This document shows positions 30,903-40,000 of a stretch of DNA of 64,000 bases, piece after piece. Position numbers and translations under genes: made by a program. Location: assembly GCA_040901675.1 (NCBI GenBank), contig JBBDYJ010000011.1, positions 96,001 through 160,000 of the forward strand, written 5' to 3'. Source of the stretch: Pirellulales bacterium (GTDB lineage: Bacteria; Planctomycetota; Planctomycetia; Pirellulales; JAICIG01). Position 1 is the first letter of the stretch. Every line of letters starts with the position of its first letter. The notes beneath the pieces were generated by a model, which was not told the origin of the DNA, did not search any database, and saw only the letters and a list, made by a program, of their open reading frames with translations.

Positions 30903-30963
30903 CTGCCTGCTTTAGTCGCTGGAAGCTGCGGCAGTCAATAGGGTTCTTCAACAGATTCAACGC

Positions 30964-31197
30964 TCAAGGGTTCTCGTCCTCGTTCTGGAGCTTTTCACCG
31001 GTCTTTTCTATGGCAGCACCGGTCTTGTCGACGGCCCGGTCGAACGATTCTTCGATCTTGCCGGCGTCAATTTCGCCCCTGATGACGTCTCCCTCCCGCT
31101 CGACGGTCATCACGCCGGTAACCAGCAAGACGACGAACACGACCAGGCCCAGCAGGATCAGCCCCGCCAGGAACGAGAACACGGAACGGGCTCTCAT
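30964..31197 (-). CDS. Small membrane-anchored hypothetical protein
   Basis: N-terminal TM helix, DRAVDKTGAAIEKTGEK amphipathic repeat; starts 3 bp after the upstream gene stop. Confidence 0.65.
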   Translation of the reverse strand: MRARSVFSFLAGLILLGLVVFVVLLVTGVMTVEREGDVIRGEIDAGKIEESFDRAVDKTGAAIEKTGEKLQNEDENP

Positions 31198-31200
31198 GGA

Positions 31201-31458
31201 TTAACCCTCGATGCGTAGCTTTTCCGGAAGAATCGATCCCAGGAAGTAGTACCGGCAGCCGGAAGCCGTGCGCGCCCTGCGATAGACCGCGACGCTCGTC
31301 GTCGGCGACCTTCGCCCACGGGCCCTTCCCTCCATAATCCTGAACACGCCCCGGCTGATCGGAAAAGCGACCGTGGCCGGCAGGCCGCTGGAACTCAGCA
31401 CCAAAGCTTGCTCGAACCCGTCAAACGGACCGCCAACGAAATGGACCTCGGTCTGCAT
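31201..31458 (-). CDS. Hypothetical protein (GGPxDG motif)
   Basis: MQTEVHFVGGPFDG...VAVY....YYFLG; co-oriented with the next gene. Confidence 0.6.
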   Translation of the reverse strand: MQTEVHFVGGPFDGFEQALVLSSSGLPATVAFPISRGVFRIMEGRARGRRSPTTSVAVYRRARTASGCRYYFLGSILPEKLRIEG

Positions 31459-31598
31459 GGCATCGCGGCCGCCGGCCGCCTCGTCTCGCCCACGGCGAGT
31501 CGAGTGTAGCAATTTGCGTGCCACAGCGAGCATGTTGGCCGGACTCCCCAGAGGTTCCGGGCTTGCCGGGCTCGCGGCGTGGCGCCGTCCGCCCTTCC

Positions 31599-31624
31599 GT
31601 AGCAGGCACACTCCGTGTGCCGTC
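31599..31624 (+). repeat. GTAG-headed REP-like element GTAGCAGGCACACTCCGTGTGCCGTC
   Basis: Internal GGCACAC/GTGTGCC hairpin; perfect inverted copy at 34127-34152. Confidence 0.85.
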
Positions 31625-31736
31625 CGCCTCTTAGGAAGCGTGCGCCCCTCCCGCCGCCGGCGAATCGCCGGGCCATGCATGGTGCGGCCGCTGCCAGCGT
31701 GCTAGCGCAATAACCAAGGCAAGCCAGGGCCGTCTT

Positions 31737-32159
31737 TTACTCCCCGATCACCTTGACCAGCACCCGCTTGGGCCGCCGACCGTCGAACTCGCCATAGAAG
31801 ATCTGTTCCCAGGGGCCCAGGTCGAGCTTGCCCTTGGTAACGGCCACGACCACTTCGCGGCCCATAATCTGCCGCTTGTGGTGTGCATCGGCATTGTCTT
31901 CGCCGGTGCGGTTGTGCTGGTATCGCTCGGGCGAGGGATCGAAGGGGGCCAGTTCTTCGAGCCAGCGCTTGTAGTCGGCGTGCAGCCCCGGCTCATCATC
32001 GTTGATGAACACGCTGGCCGTAATGTGCATCGCATTGCACAACAGCAGCCCTTCGCGGATGCCGCTGGCGCGGAGGATCTGTTCGACCTGCGGCGTGACG
32101 TTCACGAAGTCCATCCGCTGCGGGATGTTGAACGTCAGGTACTCGGTGTGCGATTTCAT
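31737..32159 (-). CDS. yjbQ: YjbQ (UPF0047) family protein
   Basis: [39 protein letters not shown]. Confidence 0.92.
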   Translation of the reverse strand: MKSHTEYLTFNIPQRMDFVNVTPQVEQILRASGIREGLLLCNAMHITASVFINDDEPGLHADYKRWLEELAPFDPSPERYQHNRTGEDNADAHHKRQIMGREVVVAVTKGKLDLGPWEQIFYGEFDGRRPKRVLVKVIGE

Positions 32160-32181
32160 GACGGCCACGCGCGTTCGTGCC

Positions 32182-32517
32182 TCACGGCAGAGCGTGTCTT
32201 GTCCAAAGAATGTCGCCATCGCCGCTCACCGACCAACAGTCGCACTGCACAACTCGCAGTTCGTCCTTGTGGACTTCAAGCCGAAAAAAGAACTCGTACC
32301 GTACGTCCGGATCGGTGAAGTCAGGAACGCCCAAGCTGTAGACGGGCAGCTTCAATTCGTCGTCCAGAGTCGCGATCCTCCATCTCGCGGGAGCATCGCC
32401 TTCGGATTCCAGGTCATCGGCGGCTCGCGGATAGAAGTCCCGTAGGGTGTCTTGCGGAATGCCCCAGGACGCGAGTGCGTCTTGTATTCGCCTAGGAATC
32501 CTGAGCGTGAAACTCAC
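32182..32517 (-). CDS. Hypothetical protein, possible RelE/ParE-fold toxin
   Basis: 111 aa; overlaps the upstream gene by 26 bp; beta-helix-helix-beta-meander pattern; visibly lower GC. Confidence 0.45.
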   Translation of the reverse strand: MSFTLRIPRRIQDALASWGIPQDTLRDFYPRAADDLESEGDAPARWRIATLDDELKLPVYSLGVPDFTDPDVRYEFFFRLEVHKDELRVVQCDCWSVSGDGDILWTRHALP

Positions 32518-33058
32518 GCAAGATGTCCCTTACGTCGACGCCCTCGCCTCTTTTGAAGGCTGCTCTAGCGGCCTTGATTCGTTCATCGTCTCGGTAGGGC
32601 CACTGCTGGGCTAATCTACGGATTCGTTCCCAGCAATCCCTGAGAACACGCAGGCGACAACGCAATCGCCAGGGACGATATGCGAGCCACGGCAAACAGT
32701 GTTGAGCTTCCTCCAGCGAGTCAAGAGACGAAACACCCGTCTCGGCAAGCTCCAAGAACGATCGGCCGACGTTGTCAAAGACATTGGAGTCGCAGAGCAC
32801 AGGGGCATCAGTCAGAAGCCGTTTTGCTTCTCGCCATTCTAAATCGGTCCTCCGTAGGGCTTGCTCTAGAAGCTTGACGTGGCGAAGAACACGACGCGAT
32901 GCGATGATGCGACTGAACCAGGAGTTGCATCGCGGTTCTCGACGCGAAAGTTCGTTTTTGACCACTTCCAGCTCGGATAGCTGGCGATCAAGAATCTCCG
33001 AGATCCCCCCATAACACTCCTCGCGTTCCCCGGCCTGCTTCTGATTGTAGGCGTACAT
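32492..33058 (-). CDS. Hypothetical helical protein, possible antitoxin
   Basis: C-terminus [24 protein letters not shown] resembles antitoxin tails that precede RelE-type toxins; visibly lower GC. Confidence 0.45.
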   Translation of the reverse strand: MYAYNQKQAGEREECYGGISEILDRQLSELEVVKNELSRREPRCNSWFSRIIASRRVLRHVKLLEQALRRTDLEWREAKRLLTDAPVLCDSNVFDNVGRSFLELAETGVSSLDSLEEAQHCLPWLAYRPWRLRCRLRVLRDCWERIRRLAQQWPYRDDERIKAARAAFKRGEGVDVRDILREFHAQDS

Positions 33059-33094
33059 CTAGCAACCTGCAAGGGAGCCTGCCTGCCACTTTTG

Positions 33095-33937
33095 CTAGCG
33101 GCTGATAACTAGATTGGGCAGCGATTCTTGAAGCTCTTCGGCACCCAGGTCGGTGACGGCAGTGCCATCGAGGCGAAGCCGCCGCAGCTTTTTCAGCCCC
33201 TTCAAGTGCACGAGTCCCGCATCGCTGACCCCGGTGAAGGCTACGTCGAGACGCTCCAGATTGCCGAGCCCCGCCAGGTGGGCTAGCCCCGCGTCGGTGA
33301 CCTGCGTGCGGTCCAACGACAGCGATTTGATGTTCGCAATGCGCACCACGTGCGACAGCCCCACGTCATTGACTTTGCTTGAGTTCAGGTTCAGATTCTC
33401 GAGTTTCTCGAGCCGCGTCAAATGCGCCAGCCCCCGGCCGCTGACGCTGGTGGAATAGAGCGTTAACCGTTCGAGATTGGTCAACCCTCTGAGATGCACC
33501 AGCCCGGCATCGCTCACCTGCGTTTGGATAAGCGACACATCCTTCAGATTCGTTAGCCCCTTGAGGTGTTCCAGGCCAGCATCCGTCACCCGCTGTCCAT
33601 GGACACTCAACCGTTCCAGTCTTGTCCTGAAAACGTTCAACTGCGCCAGATCGGCGTCCACGGTCAGCGAAGGATCCTCGAAGTCGACCTGCACGACGTC
33701 TTGAAAGTAGTGTCCAACGCCCAGGAAAGACTGCAGGCCGAGCTCGTACTGCCCAAGGTGCATTGCACGCGCGCCTCGACTTGCAAGCACGGCCGTGGCC
33801 GCTCGTTGATCCCTCGTGCGCTGGAAGGTAATGCCGAGCCAGCCGAAGCCAGCGCCGATCGTCAGCATCAGCGCCAAGAGCGTCTTCATGCCGAACTGAA
33901 AACGGCGGTGCACCACCACGCCCCACAAGGTCCACAA
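33095..33937 (-). CDS. Leucine-rich repeat protein (24-aa planctomycete-type LRR)
   Basis: RFQFGMKTLL N-terminal motif + TM helix; repeats VTDAGLxHLxGLxNLExLxL; start uncertain. Confidence 0.88.
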   Translation of the reverse strand: MWTLWGVVVHRRFQFGMKTLLALMLTIGAGFGWLGITFQRTRDQRAATAVLASRGARAMHLGQYELGLQSFLGVGHYFQDVVQVDFEDPSLTVDADLAQLNVFRTRLERLSVHGQRVTDAGLEHLKGLTNLKDVSLIQTQVSDAGLVHLRGLTNLERLTLYSTSVSGRGLAHLTRLEKLENLNLNSSKVNDVGLSHVVRIANIKSLSLDRTQVTDAGLAHLAGLGNLERLDVAFTGVSDAGLVHLKGLKKLRRLRLDGTAVTDLGAEELQESLPNLVISR

Positions 33938-34126
33938 GGCGATGATCGACGTGCAACCAAGGCCATCAGACCAGCAGCTTCTTCAAGCCGAAATATCGCT
34001 TCCATTGAGATGCCGGCAGCGAGTCGGTCGGCATGCTGTATCCTTTCGGCGCTCTTGGCGAAATGTCACTTCCAGCCTATCGACCGGCCTCTGGCAGAGC
34101 GATTGCCGCCGACACGCCGATCGGGC

Positions 34127-34152
34127 GACGGCACACGGAGTGTGCCTGCTAC
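34127..34152 (-). repeat. Inverted copy of the REP-like element at 31599
   Basis: GACGGCACACGGAGTGTGCCTGCTAC, the exact reverse complement (26/26). Confidence 0.85.
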
Positions 34153-34197
34153 TTTGGAAGCCTTGGAAACTGACCGTTCGCTTGCTATGAATGGAGC

Positions 34198-34410
34198 ATG
34201 AACGCCAACCGATCGACCGTGCTCGTCATCATGCTGGCCCTGCTGGCCTGGGGCGCCTTCCTGGCCATCGGCGCGTACCGGTTTAACCACAATCCGCTGC
34301 GCAGCCTGGTGGTGATGGGCTGTGTGCTCGGCTTCCTGGCCTTCTGGAAGCTGATGCTCGTCTCGCGGCAAGCCCGCCTGGCCCGCCGCGACGGCATCCG
34401 CCGCGGCTAG
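34198..34410 (+). CDS. Small two-TM membrane protein
   Basis: 70 aa, two hydrophobic helices, basic tail, GGAG upstream. Confidence 0.65.
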   Translation: MNANRSTVLVIMLALLAWGAFLAIGAYRFNHNPLRSLVVMGCVLGFLAFWKLMLVSRQARLARRDGIRRG

Positions 34411-34580
34411 CCGCGCAGGCCGTCCGCCCCCGCCCGGCCGCGATTGCCCGTCAAGCCCTCCGCCCTAACAATGCAATTGTGCCCTAAGATTGAATTGGGG
34501 CATAATCGGCCAGGCGGAACCGGGCCAATTCGACGGGGCCGGCTGGATCGGACCCAAACACCTCAGGCGGGGAGCAGGCG

Positions 34581-36269
34581 ATGACGCAATTGCAAACAGG
34601 CAGCGGGCGGCCGTCGGTCGGCGCCCGGAGCGGCTCGATTGCCAACCTTTCGATCGGCGATTATCTGATCCGCCGCCTACAGGACTTCGGCATCCACGAC
34701 GTGTTCGGGATTCCGGGCGATTACGTGCTGGGGTTCTACTCGATGCTCGAGCATAGCCCCATCAACCTGGTCGGCTGCTGCCGCGAGGACAACGCCGGCT
34801 TTGCCGCCGACGCCTACGCCCGCGTCCACGGCATGGGGGCCGTCTGCGTCACCTACGGCGTGGGCGGCTTGAGCCTGGCCAACTCGATTGCCGGCGCCTA
34901 CGCCGAGAAGTCGCCCGTGGTCGTGATCTCCGGCGCCCCCGGCCTGCGCGAGCGGTTCAACAACCCCCTCCTGCACCACAAGGTCCGCGACTTTGCCACC
35001 CAGCTCGAAGTCTTCCAAAAACTCTGCGTGGCCACCACCGACCTGATCGACGCCGGCATCGCCTTCCGCGAGATCGACCGCGTGCTCGTGGCCGCCCAGC
35101 GCTACAAACGCCCCGTCTACATCGAGCTGCCGCGCGACATGGTCAAGGTCGTTCCCGACACGCCCTACGAGTTCCGCCAGGCCGAGCCGGCCAGCGATCC
35201 GGAGGCCTTGGCCGAGGCCGTCAACGAGGCCGCCCGGCTGATTTCCGACTGCCACAAGCCGGTGATCCTGGCCGGCGTCGAGATCCACCGCTTCGGCTTG
35301 CAGGACGAGCTCTTGAACTTCGCCGAGAGCACGCGGATTCCGATCGCCTCGACCATCATGGGCAAGAGCGTGGTCCGCGAGACGCACCCGCTGTACGCCG
35401 GACTGTACGAAGGGGCCATGAGCCGCGACGAGGTCACGCGCTTCGTGGAGGAAAGCGATTTGCTCCTGCTGCTGGGCACGTTCATGACCGATATCGACCT
35501 GGGCATCTACACCGCCCGGCTCGATCCCGGCAAGTGCATCCATGCCAGCAGCGAGGACCTCAGGATCCGCCACCACCATTACCAGGATGTGTTGCTGGGC
35601 GACTTTATCCGCAGCCTGACTGCCCGCCGACCCCAGCCTCCCGTCCGCGGCGTGCCGGCCCGCGTGGCGGACGACGGCCAAAAGTTCGAGCTGCGCCCCG
35701 ACAACCCGATTACGATCGCCCGGCTGATGGCCAGGTTGAACGAAGCGCTGGACGACCAGACGATCGTCATCAGCGACGTGGGCGACGCCCTGTTTGCCGC
35801 CACCGAGCTCACCACGCACGGCCGCACCGAGTTCATCGCGCCGGCCTACTACACTTCGATGGGCTTTGCCGTCCCGGCAGCCGTCGGCACGGGCGTGGCC
35901 CGGCCCGACCTGCGGACGGTGGTGCTGGTGGGCGACGGCGCCTTCCAGATGACCGGCAACGAGATCTCGACGATCGGCCGGCACGGTTTCCACACGATCG
36001 TGATCGTGCTCGACAACAAGGGCTATGGCACCGAGCGGTTCCTGCACCCCGGCGACTTCAACGAGATCCATCCTTGGCACTACCACAAGCTGCCGGAGGT
36101 CATTGGCCGCGGGCGGGGCTACGAGTGCCGCACCGAGGGGGAGTTCGACCAGGCACTGGCCCAGGCCTGGAACGACCGCCGGCTCAGCCTGATCCAGGTG
36201 CATCTGCCGCTGGACGACCGCAGCCAGGCACTGGCCCGCCTCGCCGACCGCTTGAGCAAGCGCGTCTGA
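34581..36269 (+). CDS. ThDP-dependent alpha-keto acid decarboxylase (indolepyruvate/pyruvate decarboxylase family)
   Basis: [25 protein letters not shown], ThDP motif GDGAFQMT...LDNKGY. Confidence 0.92.
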   Translation: MTQLQTGSGRPSVGARSGSIANLSIGDYLIRRLQDFGIHDVFGIPGDYVLGFYSMLEHSPINLVGCCREDNAGFAADAYARVHGMGAVCVTYGVGGLSLANSIAGAYAEKSPVVVISGAPGLRERFNNPLLHHKVRDFATQLEVFQKLCVATTDLIDAGIAFREIDRVLVAAQRYKRPVYIELPRDMVKVVPDTPYEFRQAEPASDPEALAEAVNEAARLISDCHKPVILAGVEIHRFGLQDELLNFAESTRIPIASTIMGKSVVRETHPLYAGLYEGAMSRDEVTRFVEESDLLLLLGTFMTDIDLGIYTARLDPGKCIHASSEDLRIRHHHYQDVLLGDFIRSLTARRPQPPVRGVPARVADDGQKFELRPDNPITIARLMARLNEALDDQTIVISDVGDALFAATELTTHGRTEFIAPAYYTSMGFAVPAAVGTGVARPDLRTVVLVGDGAFQMTGNEISTIGRHGFHTIVIVLDNKGYGTERFLHPGDFNEIHPWHYHKLPEVIGRGRGYECRTEGEFDQALAQAWNDRRLSLIQVHLPLDDRSQALARLADRLSKRV

Positions 36270-36409
36270 TTCAGTCGGGCGGCGGCCGCGCGGAACCAAC
36301 TATGACAGCGCGATGCGCCTCCGCTCCGTTGCAGTGGCCGTGGCCGAAGGGCTTATTGAACGAGTCCAGCCGGCTGCCCGGAATTTTTCCGCAAAAAAAC
36401 CGCCACGGC

Positions 36410-36440
36410 GGATCCAACGGGCCGGCTGGGGCGTCTCTAA
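36410..36440 (+). promoter_or_regulatory. Possible ECF-type autoregulatory promoter
   Basis: GGATCC-N17-GTCTC preceded by A/T tracts (36382-36399), ~15 bp before the sigma ATG; only an approximate consensus match. Confidence 0.3.
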
Positions 36441-36450
36441 TCCTGAAAGC

Positions 36451-37002
36451 ATGAACGCCGCTAGCCCAACGCCGCAGGCAGCGATGCGGAATGGACGGCC
36501 GGATGAGGCCGATCCGTTGACCGAGGCCTTTGCGCGGCACCAGGCCGAGATCCTGGGCACGCTGTTTTACCTGGTGGGAAATGTAGAGGACGCCCGCGAC
36601 GCACTGCAAGAGACATTCGTCAAGTGCTGGCGCCATCGGGACGACCTGGGGCGGATCGCCAACCTGAAGGCCTGGATCTTCAGGATCGCCTTGAATACGG
36701 GCCGCGACCTGCGCGGCGCCGCCTGGCGCCGGCGCCGCGTGGCTTTGCCGGGAGATGGATCGATGCTCGTGTCACCCCATGCCGGGCCGCCCGACGACCT
36801 GGTGCGCGACGAACAATTGCACAGCCTCCGCCTGGCCGTGCTGGCGCTGCGGGCCGAAGAGCAGGAGGTGTTCTTGTTGAGACAGAACGGCGAGATGACG
36901 TACGACGAGATCGCGCTGGCCGTGGGCATTCCCGTGGGCACCGTCAAGACACGAATGCGTCTGGCCCTGGGCAAGCTCCGTCTGGCTTTGGAGACCCCAT
37001 GA
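36451..37002 (+). CDS. ECF sigma factor
   Basis: EDARDALQETF, KAWIFRIALN, EVFLLRQ..MTYDEIA...GTVKTRM; stop overlaps the next start (ATGA). Confidence 0.92.
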   Translation: MNAASPTPQAAMRNGRPDEADPLTEAFARHQAEILGTLFYLVGNVEDARDALQETFVKCWRHRDDLGRIANLKAWIFRIALNTGRDLRGAAWRRRRVALPGDGSMLVSPHAGPPDDLVRDEQLHSLRLAVLALRAEEQEVFLLRQNGEMTYDEIALAVGIPVGTVKTRMRLALGKLRLALETP

Positions 37003-40000
37003 AACTCTCACCTGATCTGCACCAGCGGCTGCTGGAGTTTGTATACGACCTGTTGCCTGCCCAGGAGTCGGCCGAGCTGGCCCGTCGGATCGAGGCCGAG
37101 CCCGAAATGGCCGCAGCCTTGGCCCAGGTGCGGAGCGATACCGCGCGGCTGGCCGCCGCAGCCAGGCTCGAAGCACACCCGATCGAGCTGGCCCAGCCCG
37201 CCGGCGGCGTGCAGCCGAGCCGCCGGCTGCCGGCCGTCGCGCGACATGCGGCGCCTCCCGCTCCGCCGGCCGCCCGTGGCTCGCGGGCCGTTCATTGGGG
37301 CTTGGCCCTGGCGGCGAGCCTTCTGCTGCTGTTGAGCATGGCAGGCCACTGGTCGGACCGCTTCTTTACCGCCGGCCTGGACCGCGATTACAAACGGCTC
37401 GTGGTCACCGGTCCGGCGCGGCCGCGGCCGGGCGCGCCCAACATTTACTCGATCAGGGCCACCTCCGTTTTGGGAAAGCCACTGCGCGCCGAGGTCGCAA
37501 CCCGCGTCTACGCGCCGGATGGAACCGAGTTGTTCACCCAGGTGAAGCGAACCGACGAGCGAGGCCAGGCCCGGACCTTGCTGCCGGCCTCATTAGCGCT
37601 GGCCACCGGCTCCCGTCTGGAAATCGTGGCGGCCGACGGTGACCAGAGCCAGCGGGTCGAAACTCGCCTGGTGGTCGAGCTGCCCAGGCGGCGGACGTAT
37701 CTATCGCTCGACAAGCCGCTCTATCAACCCGGCGAGACCGTTTACTACCGCTCGCTGTCGCTAAGTCAGTTCGGCTTGGAAGCCGATCAACCCCAAGACG
37801 CCGGGCTGCGGATGGCCTTTGAGATTCGCGATCCCGCCGGTGCGGTCGTGCCGGGCAGCCAGGTCGAGGGCGTCACTGATCGCGGCGTCGGCAACGGCGC
37901 CTTTCAACTGCCGCCCGAGTTGCCGGGCGGGCGCTATACGCTGGTCGCCCGGAGCTTGGACCAATCGTTTGCCGACCAGGAGCGGGAATTCTTCGTTCGC
38001 GAGTATCGACTGCCCAGGCTGAAGAAAGAGCTGGAGTTCACTCGCGACAGCTACACGCCCGGAGACACCGTGGTAGCCGACCTCGCCGCCACCCAGGCCG
38101 AAGGTCCGGCGGCCTCCGCCGCCCAGCTCAACATCGTGGCCAGCGTCGACGGGCAGGTGGTCCACCAGGCGACGGCCGCGACTGATGCCGCAGGAAGGGC
38201 CCAGATCGAGTTTGCTCTGCCTGAAACGATCGAGCGCGGCGACGCGCAGTTGTCGGTGATCATCGACGATGGCGGCGCAGCCGAGACCATTGCCAAGACC
38301 ATCCCGATCAACCTGGGCAGAGTGGCCGTGAGTTTCTATCCCGAGGGGGGCGAACTGGTTGCGGGCCTGGAAAACCGCGTCTATTTTGACGCCCGCGATC
38401 CGTTGGGCGACCCGGTACACGTGGAGGGGCACGTAGTCGATGACGGCGGCCGGAAGATGGCGCAACTGAAAACGATTCATGATGGAATGGGCAGCTTTCG
38501 GTTGACGCCCGAAGCCGGTCGGAAATATCAGCTCGAACTCACGAGCCCGGCCGGCGTAACGACCAACGACTCCCTGCCCGATCCGAACGACAAGGCTTGG
38601 CTCGTGCTGGACACGGGCGACGGCGTGTTCGAGGCGGCCGCGCCCCTCGAACTCAGCCTGCAAGCGGCGCGCACGGACCGCCCGATCGTCGTGGCCGCCG
38701 TCTGCCGCGGCGCCCAAGTGGCCGAGCAGGCCACCGTGACCGAGCGGGGCATCCAGCGCGTGTCGCTGCCGGTGGATCCGCGGGCGGCCGGAGTGATCCG
38801 CGTCACCGTGTACGACTACAGCGGCGAAGCGCCCCTGCCGGTGGCCGAACGGCTGGTATACCGCCGTCCGGCCCGCCGGCTGCAAGTCGACGTGCAGAGT
38901 CCCCGCGAGCGATATTCTCCGGGCGAGGCGGTGGAGCTCTCGTTCGAGGTCAACGACGAAGACGGCCAGCCAGCCCAGGCGGCATTGGGCGTGTCCGTGG
39001 TCGACGATGCACTCTTGAGCCTGGCCGACGACGACAGCCCGGCGATGACCACCCATTTCTTTCTGACCAGTGAGGTCGACAAGCCAGCGGACCTGGAGGA
39101 TGCCGACTTCTACCTCGCGCACAGTCCGAAGGCGGCCCAGGCCCTCGACCTGTTGCTGGGCACGCAAGGTTGGCGGCGGTTCGTCGAACGCCAGCTCGAC
39201 GAATCGATCAAAAGCGGGCAGCAGGCCCAAGTGACTCGGCTGGCCGAACTCGGCCCCGTGGCGCCGCCGGCCGTGTTCGATAACTTGCCCAAGCTGCTGC
39301 CGGCATACGAGGCGGCCTTGAGCGCGCTGGCCAATAGCCGGACCCAACGGCTCGGCACGCTGCTCTTCTTTGGCAGCATGGGGGTGCTGCTGGCAACCAC
39401 GCTGTTGTCGGCGCGCGGTTGGATCGCCGATGGCCGGCTGGGGGTGGGCGTTGGCGTAGCGGCGGCTGCCAGCCTGCTGGTGGCGATATCGCACCTGCGG
39501 TCGCCTGCAACCATAGACACGGCGACCCCGCAGATTGCCTTCCAGTCTTTCAAGTTGGAGCCGGCGCCAGTTGCGAACGACCTGTATGCCAAGATGGAAG
39601 TCAACCAAGATTCCTGGGGCCGCGCGTGGTTCGAGCGGGATCAGGCGTGGGCCTATGGAATGGCCGGCGGTCTGGGGAATCAACCGCCGGTCACGCCGTT
39701 TCAGTTCGGCGACGATCGGCAGCGAAACTTCTTTCTGTTCGGCACTAATCGGGAATGGCCGGAATGGGATGGCCTGAACCTGGGCGCCTTGGGCAGGGAG
39801 CTGGATGTCGATTACGCCGTTCCTCTGGCCGACCGCTTCGATGCAGGCGTGCGCGCGATGGGCGGTGAAATGCAAGGAGGAATGGGGCTGGCGGACGCCA
39901 TGCCGAAACTTCTGTACGAGCAAGACGAGCAGGGCCGATTCCTGGTCCGCCAGTACGCCCACCAGCACGCGGCCCGGTCCTCGCCGGCGCGCAGCGATTT

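Noticed and set aside
34460..34580. Possible TPP riboswitch before the ThDP decarboxylase (hairpin ttgtgccc...gggcataa)
   Set aside because: The conserved CUGAGA and ACCUGAU motifs are absent
36624..36998. N-terminal extension of the 1819-aa ORF, and similar extensions of actB, actC, actD, actF, actG, ctaF and DUF3500 in the ORF track
   Set aside because: They overlap upstream genes in another frame; downstream starts at stop/start overlaps fit better
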